Shown: positions 18,761 to 28,153 of the stretch, piece by piece
Position numbering within the stretch: the first letter of the stretch is position 1
Layout of the letters: each line of letters begins with the position of its first letter
IMG/VR virus record: IMGVR_UViG_3300042569_003487
Location: 32,001 to 96,000 of that record
DNA length: 64,000 nucleotides
DNA from: a virus
Direction: 5' to 3' (one strand)
Notes under the pieces: model-generated
The model's database searches: none
Told to the model about the DNA's origin: nothing
What the model saw: only the letters and a program-made list of their open reading frames with translations
Position numbers and translations under genes: made by a program

Positions 18761-19462
18761 TTACCAATTAACTTTGTTATTTGCCTTCCATTCGTCATAT
18801 CTTTCCGTAATTTCTATTAGAATTTTATTACGAACGATATCTGCATCTCCAAAGGTATGAATTCCCATTCCTTTGATACCCTGCATCATTTCAATAAATT
18901 TTGGAAGTGCCACTTTGTCTCTTGATATGTCATATTGACTAACATCACCACAAATTAAGACCTTTGAATTTTTTCCCATTCGTGTAATGAATAGCATTAG
19001 TTGTCTAAAATCTGCATTTTGTGCTTCATCTAATACCATTAAGCAATTATCAAAAGTTGCGCCTCTCATATATGCAAGCGGTCTAAATTCAATAAGACCG
19101 TCCCCTTCCAATTTAATTAAGTTATCCCAACCAATAATTTTTTCAAGATTAGTTCGGTAACTTTCCATAAATGGGTCGATTTTCTCTTTAATATCGCCAG
19201 GCAAAAATCCTAATTTTTCTCCAGACTCTTGAATTGGCTTTGATAAAATTATACGTTGAATCTTATCTTCTGTATGTAGTTTCATTGATGCATAACATGC
19301 AACAAAGGTTTTACTGGTTCCAGCCGGTCCATGACATAGAGTAATATCATTGTTCATGATTTTATCACAATACTCCTTTTGTGAAGGTTTAAGCGAAACT
19401 TGCTTTAATAATTCTGGGATAGATTGTGTAGAGTTACCTCTTCTTTTAGTGGATTTTTGCAT
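18761..19462 (-). CDS. phoH: PhoH-like ATPase
   Basis: GPAGTSKT, LGFLPG, AYMRGATF, LDEAQN, TRMG and GDVSQYD motifs. Confidence 0.95.
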   Translation of the reverse strand: MQKSTKRRGNSTQSIPELLKQVSLKPSQKEYCDKIMNNDITLCHGPAGTSKTFVACYASMKLHTEDKIQRIILSKPIQESGEKLGFLPGDIKEKIDPFMESYRTNLEKIIGWDNLIKLEGDGLIEFRPLAYMRGATFDNCLMVLDEAQNADFRQLMLFITRMGKNSKVLICGDVSQYDISRDKVALPKFIEMMQGIKGMGIHTFGDADIVRNKILIEITERYDEWKANNKVNW

Positions 19463-19465
19463 TAG

Positions 19466-19729
19466 TTAGTTTGATTTTTTAATTTCTTCAATTAGCGAAA
19501 CACAGGTTTGGCACATTTCATAATCCTCAATTTTCTCAAAATGCCTTTTAGCCTTTTCGATAGCATCTTCCCATCCGTCCCTTAAAACGAATGCATCAAT
19601 TTCAGATTCTGCAACCTTAACACTAGGAAGCTCCGCAATTTCTACATCATTTTTAAGCGCATGCTGTATTGCAGCAATAGTTCTTCTAAAAATGACGTCT
19701 CTGTCTCTAGTCAAGTCAAAATTAATCAT
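19466..19729 (-). CDS. Hypothetical protein with UVR-like C-terminal helix pair
   Basis: A..HFEKIEDYEMC pattern. Confidence 0.55.
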   Translation of the reverse strand: MINFDLTRDRDVIFRRTIAAIQHALKNDVEIAELPSVKVAESEIDAFVLRDGWEDAIEKAKRHFEKIEDYEMCQTCVSLIEEIKKSN

Positions 19730-19735
19730 TCGTAT

Positions 19736-21694
19736 TTAGTTTTTTTGATCTCCATAAAATCCAGCCAGTGTCTTTTTATACGAATCTAGATAAGTTTCAT
19801 CAAAAACTTGACGCTGTCCAGGTTTTTTTAGTTGTGGAGTATCATTTAGATAACCTACTAAATCTGAGCTAATCTTGGTTGAGCCATCACCCTGACTAGA
19901 ATTTAAGATTTTTTCAGTTATTTCTTTTTTGTATTCCTCGCTTGTACTGTCCCAAACTTCTGTTCCTAATTCAAGAAAACTAGGAGAATCAAAGAATGCG
20001 GCAGTGTTAACACAAGTCATTGCTAAGTCATCGTTTCCACTTTGACTTCTATATGTACCATTAGTTGATCTACCAAATGATCCTAATTCCATTACAGTTT
20101 TACTTTCGTTTGGAAGAATTTTATTAACATTAACGTGGTATTTAAATCTTTCACAAAATTTAATTTTATTGGTAACGCTTAGTTTAAGACCGGGCTTAAG
20201 TAATTTAGTTGCTTCTGTGTGTTTGGAATGAATTAGTTGTCCAGGCCAATACTGTTCGTTATTTGCAATTTTGTCCAAGATAAAATCCCCTTTATGGTTT
20301 AATTCAATTAAGACTTTAAGATTTTCAAAATTAAAGAGTCTATAAACCAAATATTCTAAAACTTGAGCATATTCATTAATTGTTTGCTTATTACTTCTCC
20401 AAGTTGCAACTTGCACAAGGGATAGGCAATCCATTTCGCTTTTTACTAGATTTTTAATTGGTTCCAACATTTTAACTGGAAGAGGTGCAACTTTAAATAC
20501 ATTAATAACTGAAAAGTCTTTTCCTGTTCCGTCTGCTGTATCGACTGAAAATACATATCGATCTGGCGAATTTCTAAAATCCTGCTCGTCCCAATCCTTT
20601 AGATTTGGATGTACTGTAAAGTTCCCTTCCATTAAGGCAAGAACTTCCGGATCCCAATTAATATTAAGAGGCTCTTCATATTTAGTCATAATTCCAAAAA
20701 TCTTTTTAAGATCTTTAGAAGAAAGCAATAATCGATCGGACGAAAAGAACTGTAGACCATATTCCTGGTTAAAGTCTTCTTCTGATCCCATGTTTGCAAT
20801 AGTTTCAGCTTTCCATTTATCATCTCTACCTGGAACTTGCCACCAGTCTACTCTTAGCGGAGTATAAGTATTTAGTCCATTTACTGCATCCATATAGATT
20901 TCATAGAATCTATTCATACCATTTGGAGTTGATGTAATAATAATCTTGGAGGTAGTTGATGCAGAAATAGTAGGGTAAATTGCTCGATAAAAGAAATCTA
21001 AGTATGCTGGTGAGATGTGAGCAAACTCATCAATGTATAGTAAGTGAATAGTAAAACCAATACCTGTATTTTTGGTTGTAGTACGTCCAATTAATCTACA
21101 GCCATTATCGAACTTCATCGACATAACGTTATTTGAAATACAGCCAGGTTTTAGGAAAAATGGCAAATTTTCAAAAATAGATTTAATTTTATCAACAACC
21201 TCTTTGGTTGTACTTGCAATGTTGGCTACCGCTAAAACATTTTTATCTGTATGGAAAATAAGATACCATGCAACAAATACGCCAGACATTACAGTTTTAC
21301 CAATTTGACGGCTTGCCATTAAGATATTAAAGCGGTTTGCGCCAAATGCCTTAATAATTTCCTCTTGGTAATCACGTAAAACAATTTGTTCTACTCCATA
21401 TTCAGTTAAAACCTGAGCATACTTATTTGCAAAGTAACCTACATCAGATTTACAGCGCTTAATTTCTTCAAGTTCTTCTGGAGTATATTCAAAAACCAAA
21501 TTTTGCTTTTTCCAGGCAGGGTCATTATCCTTAAATGGAGAATTCTTAATGGTCTTAATATCAATTAAACCATTTTCAAAGTCTAGTAGAAGTTGATCTA
21601 CTTTTTTTGTAGTCCAGACTGCACTATTTTCAGTATCATCCATTCTAGATACCTGTACGCTAGTCCTTCCCCCTTTTGATAAAAAATCTTTCAT
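19736..21694 (-). CDS. terL: Terminase large subunit (T4 gp17-like)
   Basis: LRDYQ, Walker A ASRQIGKT, Walker B LLYIDEFAH, ITSTPNG, FNQEY, nuclease VDTADG and DDLAM motifs. Confidence 0.96.
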   Translation of the reverse strand: MKDFLSKGGRTSVQVSRMDDTENSAVWTTKKVDQLLLDFENGLIDIKTIKNSPFKDNDPAWKKQNLVFEYTPEELEEIKRCKSDVGYFANKYAQVLTEYGVEQIVLRDYQEEIIKAFGANRFNILMASRQIGKTVMSGVFVAWYLIFHTDKNVLAVANIASTTKEVVDKIKSIFENLPFFLKPGCISNNVMSMKFDNGCRLIGRTTTKNTGIGFTIHLLYIDEFAHISPAYLDFFYRAIYPTISASTTSKIIITSTPNGMNRFYEIYMDAVNGLNTYTPLRVDWWQVPGRDDKWKAETIANMGSEEDFNQEYGLQFFSSDRLLLSSKDLKKIFGIMTKYEEPLNINWDPEVLALMEGNFTVHPNLKDWDEQDFRNSPDRYVFSVDTADGTGKDFSVINVFKVAPLPVKMLEPIKNLVKSEMDCLSLVQVATWRSNKQTINEYAQVLEYLVYRLFNFENLKVLIELNHKGDFILDKIANNEQYWPGQLIHSKHTEATKLLKPGLKLSVTNKIKFCERFKYHVNVNKILPNESKTVMELGSFGRSTNGTYRSQSGNDDLAMTCVNTAAFFDSPSFLELGTEVWDSTSEEYKKEITEKILNSSQGDGSTKISSDLVGYLNDTPQLKKPGQRQVFDETYLDSYKKTLAGFYGDQKN

Positions 21695-21696
21695 AA

Positions 21697-22422
21697 TTAA
21701 ATGATTTCAAAAATAGTTGAGCTTAAATCTTCATCGTCATTTTCTTTTTCAATTAAATGCTCTAAGCCTCTTTCCGTCATCAATGAATTTTTTTCATTTG
21801 GATTAGTCAGCCTATTATCAAAATCATTATTCAAACCATCGCTCTCAATTTCTTTCATGATATTTTTAGTACCAGCCGTAATATAATAGTCTCCGGCTTG
21901 AATAGCATTTACAGAAGAGGCAGGGAGTCCAGCTTGGTCCCCCTTTGAATCAACTTCACTACGCATTTTCTTGTACGTATCCTCTAAGAACAACATATAG
22001 TTTGCTTGTGTTTTAGTAACTGTGGTAAGACGATCCTGCAATTGTGACATTACTTCAAATAAACGCGGATGTGCAGCACCCTGATTTATTTCTTCCATAA
22101 TTCTTTCAATCGCCATCTTAATAGTTTTATGCTGAAAGAACATGGTCTCGATATTCATATTATCGAGTTCTTTCTTTTGTTTTAGGTAATCGTGTTGAGT
22201 AATTAAACCTAAATCTACATAAAATTTAAATAGGGAATCTGTAATCTCAAGAGCTTTCTTCTTGAAACCTGAACTCATTTCATCAAAATCAATAGGAGGA
22301 TTTTGCTCAAGTTCATTAAAACGATCGTCGACTATATCATTTTCTGAAGTATCTCCAGAATAGGTGCTTAAGAAACTTTCGAGTTCGTTTTTTATTTGTG
22401 TTTTCTTCTCTTTGCTGATCAC
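21697..22422 (-). CDS. Terminase small subunit (T4 gp16-like)
   Basis: Helical protein with HPRLFEV motif directly upstream of TerL. Confidence 0.65.
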   Translation of the reverse strand: MISKEKKTQIKNELESFLSTYSGDTSENDIVDDRFNELEQNPPIDFDEMSSGFKKKALEITDSLFKFYVDLGLITQHDYLKQKKELDNMNIETMFFQHKTIKMAIERIMEEINQGAAHPRLFEVMSQLQDRLTTVTKTQANYMLFLEDTYKKMRSEVDSKGDQAGLPASSVNAIQAGDYYITAGTKNIMKEIESDGLNNDFDNRLTNPNEKNSLMTERGLEHLIEKENDDEDLSSTIFEII

Positions 22423-22428
22423 TGGACT

Positions 22429-22674
22429 TTAGTTTAATTTTGTCTCGTTCTTATCCAGAGCTGGGTTAGCAAATATTTTAATTTTTTTGACCGCTTCAAT
22501 ATTATTGTAAACTATATTATTAAGTTTAGACAAGAACGCGTCAAATGATGGAGTTGTTCTTAACATATAGTTAGATACTGTTTTTTCGATAATAACGTTT
22601 TTGTAATCAAATCCTACATATAAACGCTTTTCGTTTCTTTCAAATGTCTTTTTAAAAACTGAATCCTTATTCAT
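22429..22674 (-). CDS. Hypothetical protein (possibly baseplate associated)
   Basis: 81 aa ORF coupled between the baseplate wedge gene and TerS. Confidence 0.6.
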   Translation of the reverse strand: MNKDSVFKKTFERNEKRLYVGFDYKNVIIEKTVSNYMLRTTPSFDAFLSKLNNIVYNNIEAVKKIKIFANPALDKNETKLN

Positions 22675-22675
22675 A

Positions 22676-24346
22676 TTATCGTTTTATTTGTGTTTCTGCC
22701 TTAAATAAAATATTAACTGCTCCTAGTGAATTTTCAGATAAACCTGCAGCATAAGTATTACCCATTCGATCTTTAAATCCACCGCGTATAATTGCAAATT
22801 CAGATTCACCAATTATAATATCATTAAATTCATCAAGACCAGCTAGTGGTAAGTTTGGAGTATTTGGACGTCCAATAACAGCTGATTCATTTTTTTCACC
22901 AATTATTACAATACTAACTGAATCGACTCCGTCAATTTCTTCAATAAGTTTAATTAAATCACTTTTTGGAATTCTATCTTTTCTGGTATTATTAATAAAG
23001 TATTTTCCAAGTTTATCGTAAATCTGCGTTTTGATTGAACTTCTATCAAATCCAGAATAGGTTACCAATCCAATATTAAGAACATATTTGCTTGCAACTG
23101 GGTCTAATATTCTAATTCCAGTTGAAATTAATTTGGTTCCAGATTTTTCAATATATTTTAAAATTTCATTTTTTTGGAATGCTGTCAATTTAAACTTATC
23201 TTGAATTAGGTTAAAATAATCAGTTCCTTTTGAAAAAACTTTGGTTATGTCTGGAACTAAAAATAAATTAATCATTCGATCATCAGCTGAATCTAGAGTA
23301 ACTCTAACTGAAGAAAACATCTGTAATTTTTGCATTAATACTTCATAATTATCAAGATTTACTAGTGCATAGTTTTTAGAAGTTCTAGGTGCAATTAGAC
23401 GGGTTAAGGCTAAAGATTCTGGATCTGTTCCAAAGTTTGGAGCTCCAGTTACTGAAATTGTAACAGTATCTGCTAATGAAACTTCTTCTCCAATTGAATT
23501 AAATCCAGTATCACTAAATGACATTAAAATATCCTTTAAATTATCTAGGTTAATATTACCAGCTGAACCTTCAGTTACTAAATACTCTACAATAATTTCA
23601 GAACCTGCATTTGGAATTACGCCAAACGAATTGTTTCCGAAAAATATATCAAGACCGTTTGTTATACCAGTTCTACAAACAAAGCCTTTAGCTTTTCTTG
23701 GAATATCCAATAGAGATTCGTATTTGGTCCATTTTTCTCCATTAACATATACATTAACCATAAATTGGTCAATTAAAAAGTTATTTGGAAATCCTACTTG
23801 AAAGCTTTGGAAAGCTTGACCGTTTGCTGAAAATCTTTGTTGTTGTAGTCGACCTTGTCTAATAGTTAAGTTAACTCCGCCTGATCCATTTAAATTTAAT
23901 CGAATTTCGTCGCTTGGTAATTCAATAACATAGTTTAGCCCATTATTTTCACAGGCAACATTCATATAATTTGTTAAAATTAAAGTATTTCCAGGAAACT
24001 TAAGAAGATCTACTCCAGGTGCAGGCTTTACTAAAATGGTTCCAACTGATGAAATTGCACGACTTGGATTATGTCCAGCCAATGCAGCAAGGGAATATAC
24101 AGATGAAGGTCTAGAAGCTTCATATATGTTAAGTTCAGTAATTGAATCTTCAATATAGTATAAAATAAGTTGAGTTAAATTATGTAGAACTACTAAAAGC
24201 TGCCCAAACGGCGAAGCAATAGTAAATAATTCATTTTTAGTTTTAAACTTTTCTTGTAAAAACTGCTGCGCCTCATTATAAAGCTCGCCCGCATTAACGG
24301 ATAAGCTCCTGAAGATTTTGTATGCTGGTGAAAGTGTTTCAGCCAT
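22676..24346 (-). CDS. Baseplate wedge protein (T4 gp6 / baseplate J-like)
   Basis: SVYSLAALAGHNP, IFFGNN.FG.IP, VEYLVTEG..GN, G.DPES, IDGVDSV motifs. Confidence 0.85.
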   Translation of the reverse strand: MAETLSPAYKIFRSLSVNAGELYNEAQQFLQEKFKTKNELFTIASPFGQLLVVLHNLTQLILYYIEDSITELNIYEASRPSSVYSLAALAGHNPSRAISSVGTILVKPAPGVDLLKFPGNTLILTNYMNVACENNGLNYVIELPSDEIRLNLNGSGGVNLTIRQGRLQQQRFSANGQAFQSFQVGFPNNFLIDQFMVNVYVNGEKWTKYESLLDIPRKAKGFVCRTGITNGLDIFFGNNSFGVIPNAGSEIIVEYLVTEGSAGNINLDNLKDILMSFSDTGFNSIGEEVSLADTVTISVTGAPNFGTDPESLALTRLIAPRTSKNYALVNLDNYEVLMQKLQMFSSVRVTLDSADDRMINLFLVPDITKVFSKGTDYFNLIQDKFKLTAFQKNEILKYIEKSGTKLISTGIRILDPVASKYVLNIGLVTYSGFDRSSIKTQIYDKLGKYFINNTRKDRIPKSDLIKLIEEIDGVDSVSIVIIGEKNESAVIGRPNTPNLPLAGLDEFNDIIIGESEFAIIRGGFKDRMGNTYAAGLSENSLGAVNILFKAETQIKR

Positions 24347-24438
24347 TTTGGCGAATTCTTTTTTGTTATTTATTAGGGATAATTGCGACTTGGAAAAATT
24401 TTACCTTCGCTCTAGACCAAATAGATAATTCTTTAGTA

Positions 24439-24465
24439 TTATACTAAGAAATATGGGGCTGTTTT
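24439..24465 (-). promoter_or_regulatory. Putative ECF-type promoter AAAAC-N16-GTATAA overlapping the tmRNA 5' end
   Basis: Exact motif and spacing; points away from ssrA toward the baseplate wedge gene. Confidence 0.4.
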
Positions 24466-24921
24466 GGCGTTTGACAAGCGGTCGTAGTTCTTTGAATGCA
24501 GGCGGAGTTAGTATTGGAAACTCCTTAATAACCTATACGAATAATAACTGACAATAAGTCAACTTGGACTTTCGAAGACGCTATGTCTTTCGTAGGTGCT
24601 GATTTAGCAGTAGCTGCCTAATCGCTCCCGTATCACTCATGGGACTTTAATAAGAAGTGAAAGCTAAATCCAGGTGGCTCCCTTAATAGTCAAGGCTGAC
24701 CTTGAGCATCTGATCGTAGTCGATCTATACAGGGGGCGAAAGAGTTGGAGTAACAGGTCGGAGCTCTACTAAATAATTTCGAGACCAGGTTGTTTTTCTG
24801 ATGGGTTTCCCACATACATCAAATCAGATATTTTGTCCAATTTAGAAAAAATGGACTAAGCCTGTGAATGAATTCATTGAAGTAGCCGGATTGGACACGG
24901 GTTCGACTCCCGTCAGCTCCA
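24455..24921 (+). ncRNA. ssrA: tmRNA (transfer-messenger RNA)
   Basis: 5' GGGGCTG pairs with 3' CAGCTCC-A giving the G3:U70 Ala identity pair; T-arm ACGGG-TTCGACT-CCCGT; ATAACT resume context then tag ORF 24550-24621 (A)DNKSTWTFEDAMSFVGADLAVAA*. Confidence 0.93.
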
Positions 24922-24955
24922 CTACTGTATTTTTCTAGGTGAATAAATAACCTAT

Positions 24956-25711
24956 ATGAAGAATACAAATACACAGGATATATTCCTTCGTAATCTTACA
25001 ATCTCTTTACTTGATCTATTAAATAGACAGTTAGAGATTGAGATGTGGCGCGACGATCGCCCAGAGATTCACACAATCCCTTTTTACTTTAATCAAGGAA
25101 CCGATGAGGGATTTATGCAAGATTTCTTTATAGGAATCCCATCTACTTGTAAAATTTCACAATTGGCTGAGGGTAATTATGATCCAATTCCTAGAGGAAT
25201 AATCACACTAAGCTCATTTAATGTAAAATCTTCAGATCTTGTAAACAAATATGTTAGAGGAACTTTTCAGCGAGATGAATTTGATGAAAACGATACAAAG
25301 AAAAGTAAAGCCTATTCGGCTAGACTCTATTCGCTTCCTCTTAAAGTAAGCTTTGATGCAAAAATTATTGTTGATAATCTTAATAAAACATTTAAGGCAA
25401 CTGAAAAGTTATTTGATCTTTTCTACAGTAATCGAGTAATGTACTTTCAATATAGAGGAATCCGGATCCCTGCTCTATTTGTTTTTCCAGATCAGGCAAC
25501 CAATGATAAAGCTTATAAATTTTCATATACTGACAATAATAAAATAACAATTTCTTTCAGCATTGAAATCGAAACTTACTTTCCTAGCTTTGATAAGACT
25601 ACTGAGATGTTTAGAGGAAACGTTATTGATCAAATTTTAACAAAAACAATTGATAAAGATTCTGGCCAATTGGATGGTAAATCTTGGATTGATAATAATA
25701 ACCCGCAATAA
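24956..25711 (+). CDS. Tail sheath stabiliser / tail terminator (T4 gp15-like)
   Basis: FLRNL..LLDLLN, IPFY and IPRG pattern; late promoter at 24943-24949. Confidence 0.55.
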   Translation: MKNTNTQDIFLRNLTISLLDLLNRQLEIEMWRDDRPEIHTIPFYFNQGTDEGFMQDFFIGIPSTCKISQLAEGNYDPIPRGIITLSSFNVKSSDLVNKYVRGTFQRDEFDENDTKKSKAYSARLYSLPLKVSFDAKIIVDNLNKTFKATEKLFDLFYSNRVMYFQYRGIRIPALFVFPDQATNDKAYKFSYTDNNKITISFSIEIETYFPSFDKTTEMFRGNVIDQILTKTIDKDSGQLDGKSWIDNNNPQ

Positions 25712-26514
25712 TGAAATATCTATTAGAATATAAAACTTTTATCTTATCTGAGGGAGGTAATGCTTTTCCAGAAACAGTATCTGTTAAAAGAGAAGATATT
25801 CAAAGAATTGTTAAAGAGTTTAATGATAGAGTAGTCCAGGGGATACTCGGAAGCCAGCCTGGTGAACCAATTGGTAGCTGGAAACAGAAACCTATTTCAG
25901 GAGATATTGATTGCCTGGTATACACAGATTTAGAACTGCCTAAGATTGTTGAACTGTGTAAAGCTCAAGGAATTGATGCTAAAGCTTTTTATGGTTTTAA
26001 TATTGTTTCAACTAAGTTTGAACCAACTGATCATGAACCTGTTCAAATTGATATTTTCGTAAGACCAGATTCTGCAAATAAAGAGGCAACAGATATTTTC
26101 TATAAAAATATTGAAGAGGATCCCGATACTACAAAACACCGTGTCTATTTCCTATTTACAATTTTAGATTCGCGAAAAGAAGATATCGAAGGAGACTCTG
26201 CACAACCTTCTAAATTTACAGGTTATATGTTAAGACCAGATGGTCTCTATAAGATTGTAAAAGAGATGAAGAAGGTAAATTATAAAATCATGGATCGTCA
26301 GCTAATAGCTGAAACTGGCGAAGATATGGCAAAGGCAATTTTTGGAGAAGCCTTACCATTTAGTGAATGGAATACCTTTAAGAAAACATTTGATCTTTTC
26401 ATGAAGTCGCCACTCTATCCAAATAAACAGGATATTGTTATGGCTTATATTGAGAAATTAAAAGAAGAAGGTTTACCGTTTCCGACTAGTGTTAAACTAG
26501 ATTCTTACGTTTAA
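25711..26514 (+). CDS. Pol-beta superfamily nucleotidyltransferase-like protein
   Basis: GSW...SGDID and VQID acidic triad; N-terminal KTFILSE-GGNAF. Confidence 0.65.
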   Translation: MKYLLEYKTFILSEGGNAFPETVSVKREDIQRIVKEFNDRVVQGILGSQPGEPIGSWKQKPISGDIDCLVYTDLELPKIVELCKAQGIDAKAFYGFNIVSTKFEPTDHEPVQIDIFVRPDSANKEATDIFYKNIEEDPDTTKHRVYFLFTILDSRKEDIEGDSAQPSKFTGYMLRPDGLYKIVKEMKKVNYKIMDRQLIAETGEDMAKAIFGEALPFSEWNTFKKTFDLFMKSPLYPNKQDIVMAYIEKLKEEGLPFPTSVKLDSYV

Positions 26515-27143
26515 CCGATATAGTTAAGGCCCTCACCAAAGTCTAGGGCAATATCAAAGTTATAGAATTGGAATGTTACGTCAAACGTATTAAATTTCGG
26601 CGCATTCTCATTATAAGATAGCGAAATTTGAGTTAATCCAGTTAGGATTGGATGATTAAAAACAACTGATGATACAGCATAACCTTCATTATTTAGTAGG
26701 GTTAATCTAATTGGATCTAGCGTCAATCCCTGCGGATCTGCAACAGTTGGAACACCAACTCCACTTAAACTTTTTCTTAGGTTTGCTGGTTCAACGTTTC
26801 CTTGACTTAAATAGTTAAGAGCATTATCTAAAAAGATAAAGTAATTTAGGTATGCATCACTTAGTTTAAATTTAATTGTAAACTTACGCTCAAACATATC
26901 GGCAATCGGCTTAGCACTTTTAAAATCTTGAACCTTTCCAAGAGGACGTGTCTGTGTAACAAGAGGAACGGTAAAGCCATTAAACGTAACGGATTGAATA
27001 GTAGACGCCATGAAATCTTCAATTGTCTCATATGGCATAATAAGACTATTGTAGTATTTCTCGTATTTCTTACTTATCTCCTTTGAGAAGAAAGTCTCTG
27101 GGAAACTGATTAGGAATCCGTTTTGTCTTGCACTTAGTATCAT
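26511..27143 (-). CDS. Tail tube-like protein (gp19/gp54/gp3 fold family)
   Basis: IQSVTF.GF, LNYF, I.LSY, F.VTF.F pattern typical of tube-fold proteins; late promoter at 27150-27156. Confidence 0.5.
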   Translation of the reverse strand: MILSARQNGFLISFPETFFSKEISKKYEKYYNSLIMPYETIEDFMASTIQSVTFNGFTVPLVTQTRPLGKVQDFKSAKPIADMFERKFTIKFKLSDAYLNYFIFLDNALNYLSQGNVEPANLRKSLSGVGVPTVADPQGLTLDPIRLTLLNNEGYAVSSVVFNHPILTGLTQISLSYNENAPKFNTFDVTFQFYNFDIALDFGEGLNYIG

Positions 27144-27164
27144 ATAGATTATTTATTCCACCAT

Positions 27165-27195
27165 AAAAAAGAAAGGCTGCACTTTCGCACAGCCT
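27165..27195 (-). terminator. Intrinsic terminator
   Basis: AGGCTGTGC-GAAA-GTGCAGCCT hairpin followed by TTCTTTTTT. Confidence 0.8.
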
Positions 27196-27223
27196 GATCT
27201 TTGATAGTAGGATTTGTACTGTA

Positions 27224-27673
27224 TTAAGCCTCTACAAACTTAAAGAAGGTAGGGTAGTTATTACCACTCTTTACCTCACTAAGTGTTTCCAACTTAATTG
27301 GGTGATATGACAACTCTTTTTCTTGACTCAATAGCTCATTAAATTCCTTATTGAACTCTGCAAAGTTAGGGTTCATCTTAGAAACTTCTTTACCATCCTT
27401 GTCCATTTCTTTGATAACCATTTGGAGAGAAACTCCACCTTGATCGTCAGCTGTGCCATATTTTTTGATCAATTCTTCACGTTGAGTATCTAGAGTTTTA
27501 ACCTCTGCTGATACAACGTCGTTTAACTGGTTAATCCAGTATTTAGCAACTAGACCAATCTCTTCGTCTAGAATACCATTTTTTACCTTCTCTCCTGATT
27601 GCTGGTTGATCAAGCCATTAAGTTCGCTCTGTAGAGAGTAGATTTCAAAAAGTTTTACCTTTAAGTTCTTCAT
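27224..27673 (-). CDS. Hypothetical helical protein
   Basis: 149 aa ORF (REELIKKYG motif) with its own promoter and terminator. Confidence 0.7.
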   Translation of the reverse strand: MKNLKVKLFEIYSLQSELNGLINQQSGEKVKNGILDEEIGLVAKYWINQLNDVVSAEVKTLDTQREELIKKYGTADDQGGVSLQMVIKEMDKDGKEVSKMNPNFAEFNKEFNELLSQEKELSYHPIKLETLSEVKSGNNYPTFFKFVEA

Positions 27674-27695
27674 GAAGTTGTTACTTTTTTGTTTC

Positions 27696-27722
27696 TTATA
27701 CTATAGTTCCATTTCAGGTTTT
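27696..27722 (-). promoter_or_regulatory. Putative ECF-type promoter AAAAC-N16-GTATAA
   Basis: Exact motif 22 nt upstream of ATG 27673, directly after a terminator. Confidence 0.6.
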
Positions 27723-27729
27723 ACTACAT

Positions 27730-27759
27730 AAAAAAAGGGAACATAAAATATTCCCTTTT
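27730..27759 (-). terminator. Intrinsic terminator ending the fibre/lectin operon
   Basis: AAAAGGGAA...TTCCCTTTT inverted repeat with a T-run on the minus strand. Confidence 0.7.
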
Positions 27760-27779
27760 AAATAAATTAACAAATTAGA

Positions 27780-28130
27780 TTATGGTAATTCTGGTTCAGC
27801 TGGAGGCGTAACTGGAGTCGGTTCTGGTTGAACCCATTCAGTATCTCTAACCAATCCTGCTTTTGCTAATACTACATCAACAAATACCATATCATCAGTA
27901 CCCCAAGTGGCAGTATCTTCAGCTGTACAGTTAATGTGCTTAGACATAATTTGAACTGCTGCTGCAGCTGGTGCAGGTGCTCCTGGGTTAGGATCAGTTT
28001 CGTATAAATTAACCATAGCTGAAGCAATTCCGCTGGCTAAATCATAGTGCATTAAGTGAATTGTAGCAAATTCTGCAGTTTTGCCAAATCCGGTAATCGA
28101 TTCGATTTTTACTTTTAACATTGTGAACAA
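27780..28130 (-). CDS. Small fibre-associated protein (follows LamG cassette 2)
   Basis: 116 aa, Pro-rich tail; own late promoter at 28141-28147; start may be ATG 28121. Confidence 0.6.
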   Translation of the reverse strand: MFTMLKVKIESITGFGKTAEFATIHLMHYDLASGIASAMVNLYETDPNPGAPAPAAAAVQIMSKHINCTAEDTATWGTDDMVFVDVVLAKAGLVRDTEWVQPEPTPVTPPAEPELP

Positions 28131-28153
28131 TATTTTTTATTATTTATCTAGTA

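Noticed and set aside
18742-18772. GTACAAT upstream of the sigma gene as an autoregulatory ECF promoter
   Set aside because: A -10-like element is present but there is no AAC at 16-nt spacing, so it was not counted
19736-21694. Intein or intron in the terminase
   Set aside because: ATPase and nuclease motifs are continuous, with no Hint or homing-endonuclease motifs
24880-24924. Stand-alone tRNA gene
   Set aside because: The T-arm and acceptor 3' strand pair with GGGGCTG at 24455, so it is the tmRNA 3' end; there is no anticodon arm
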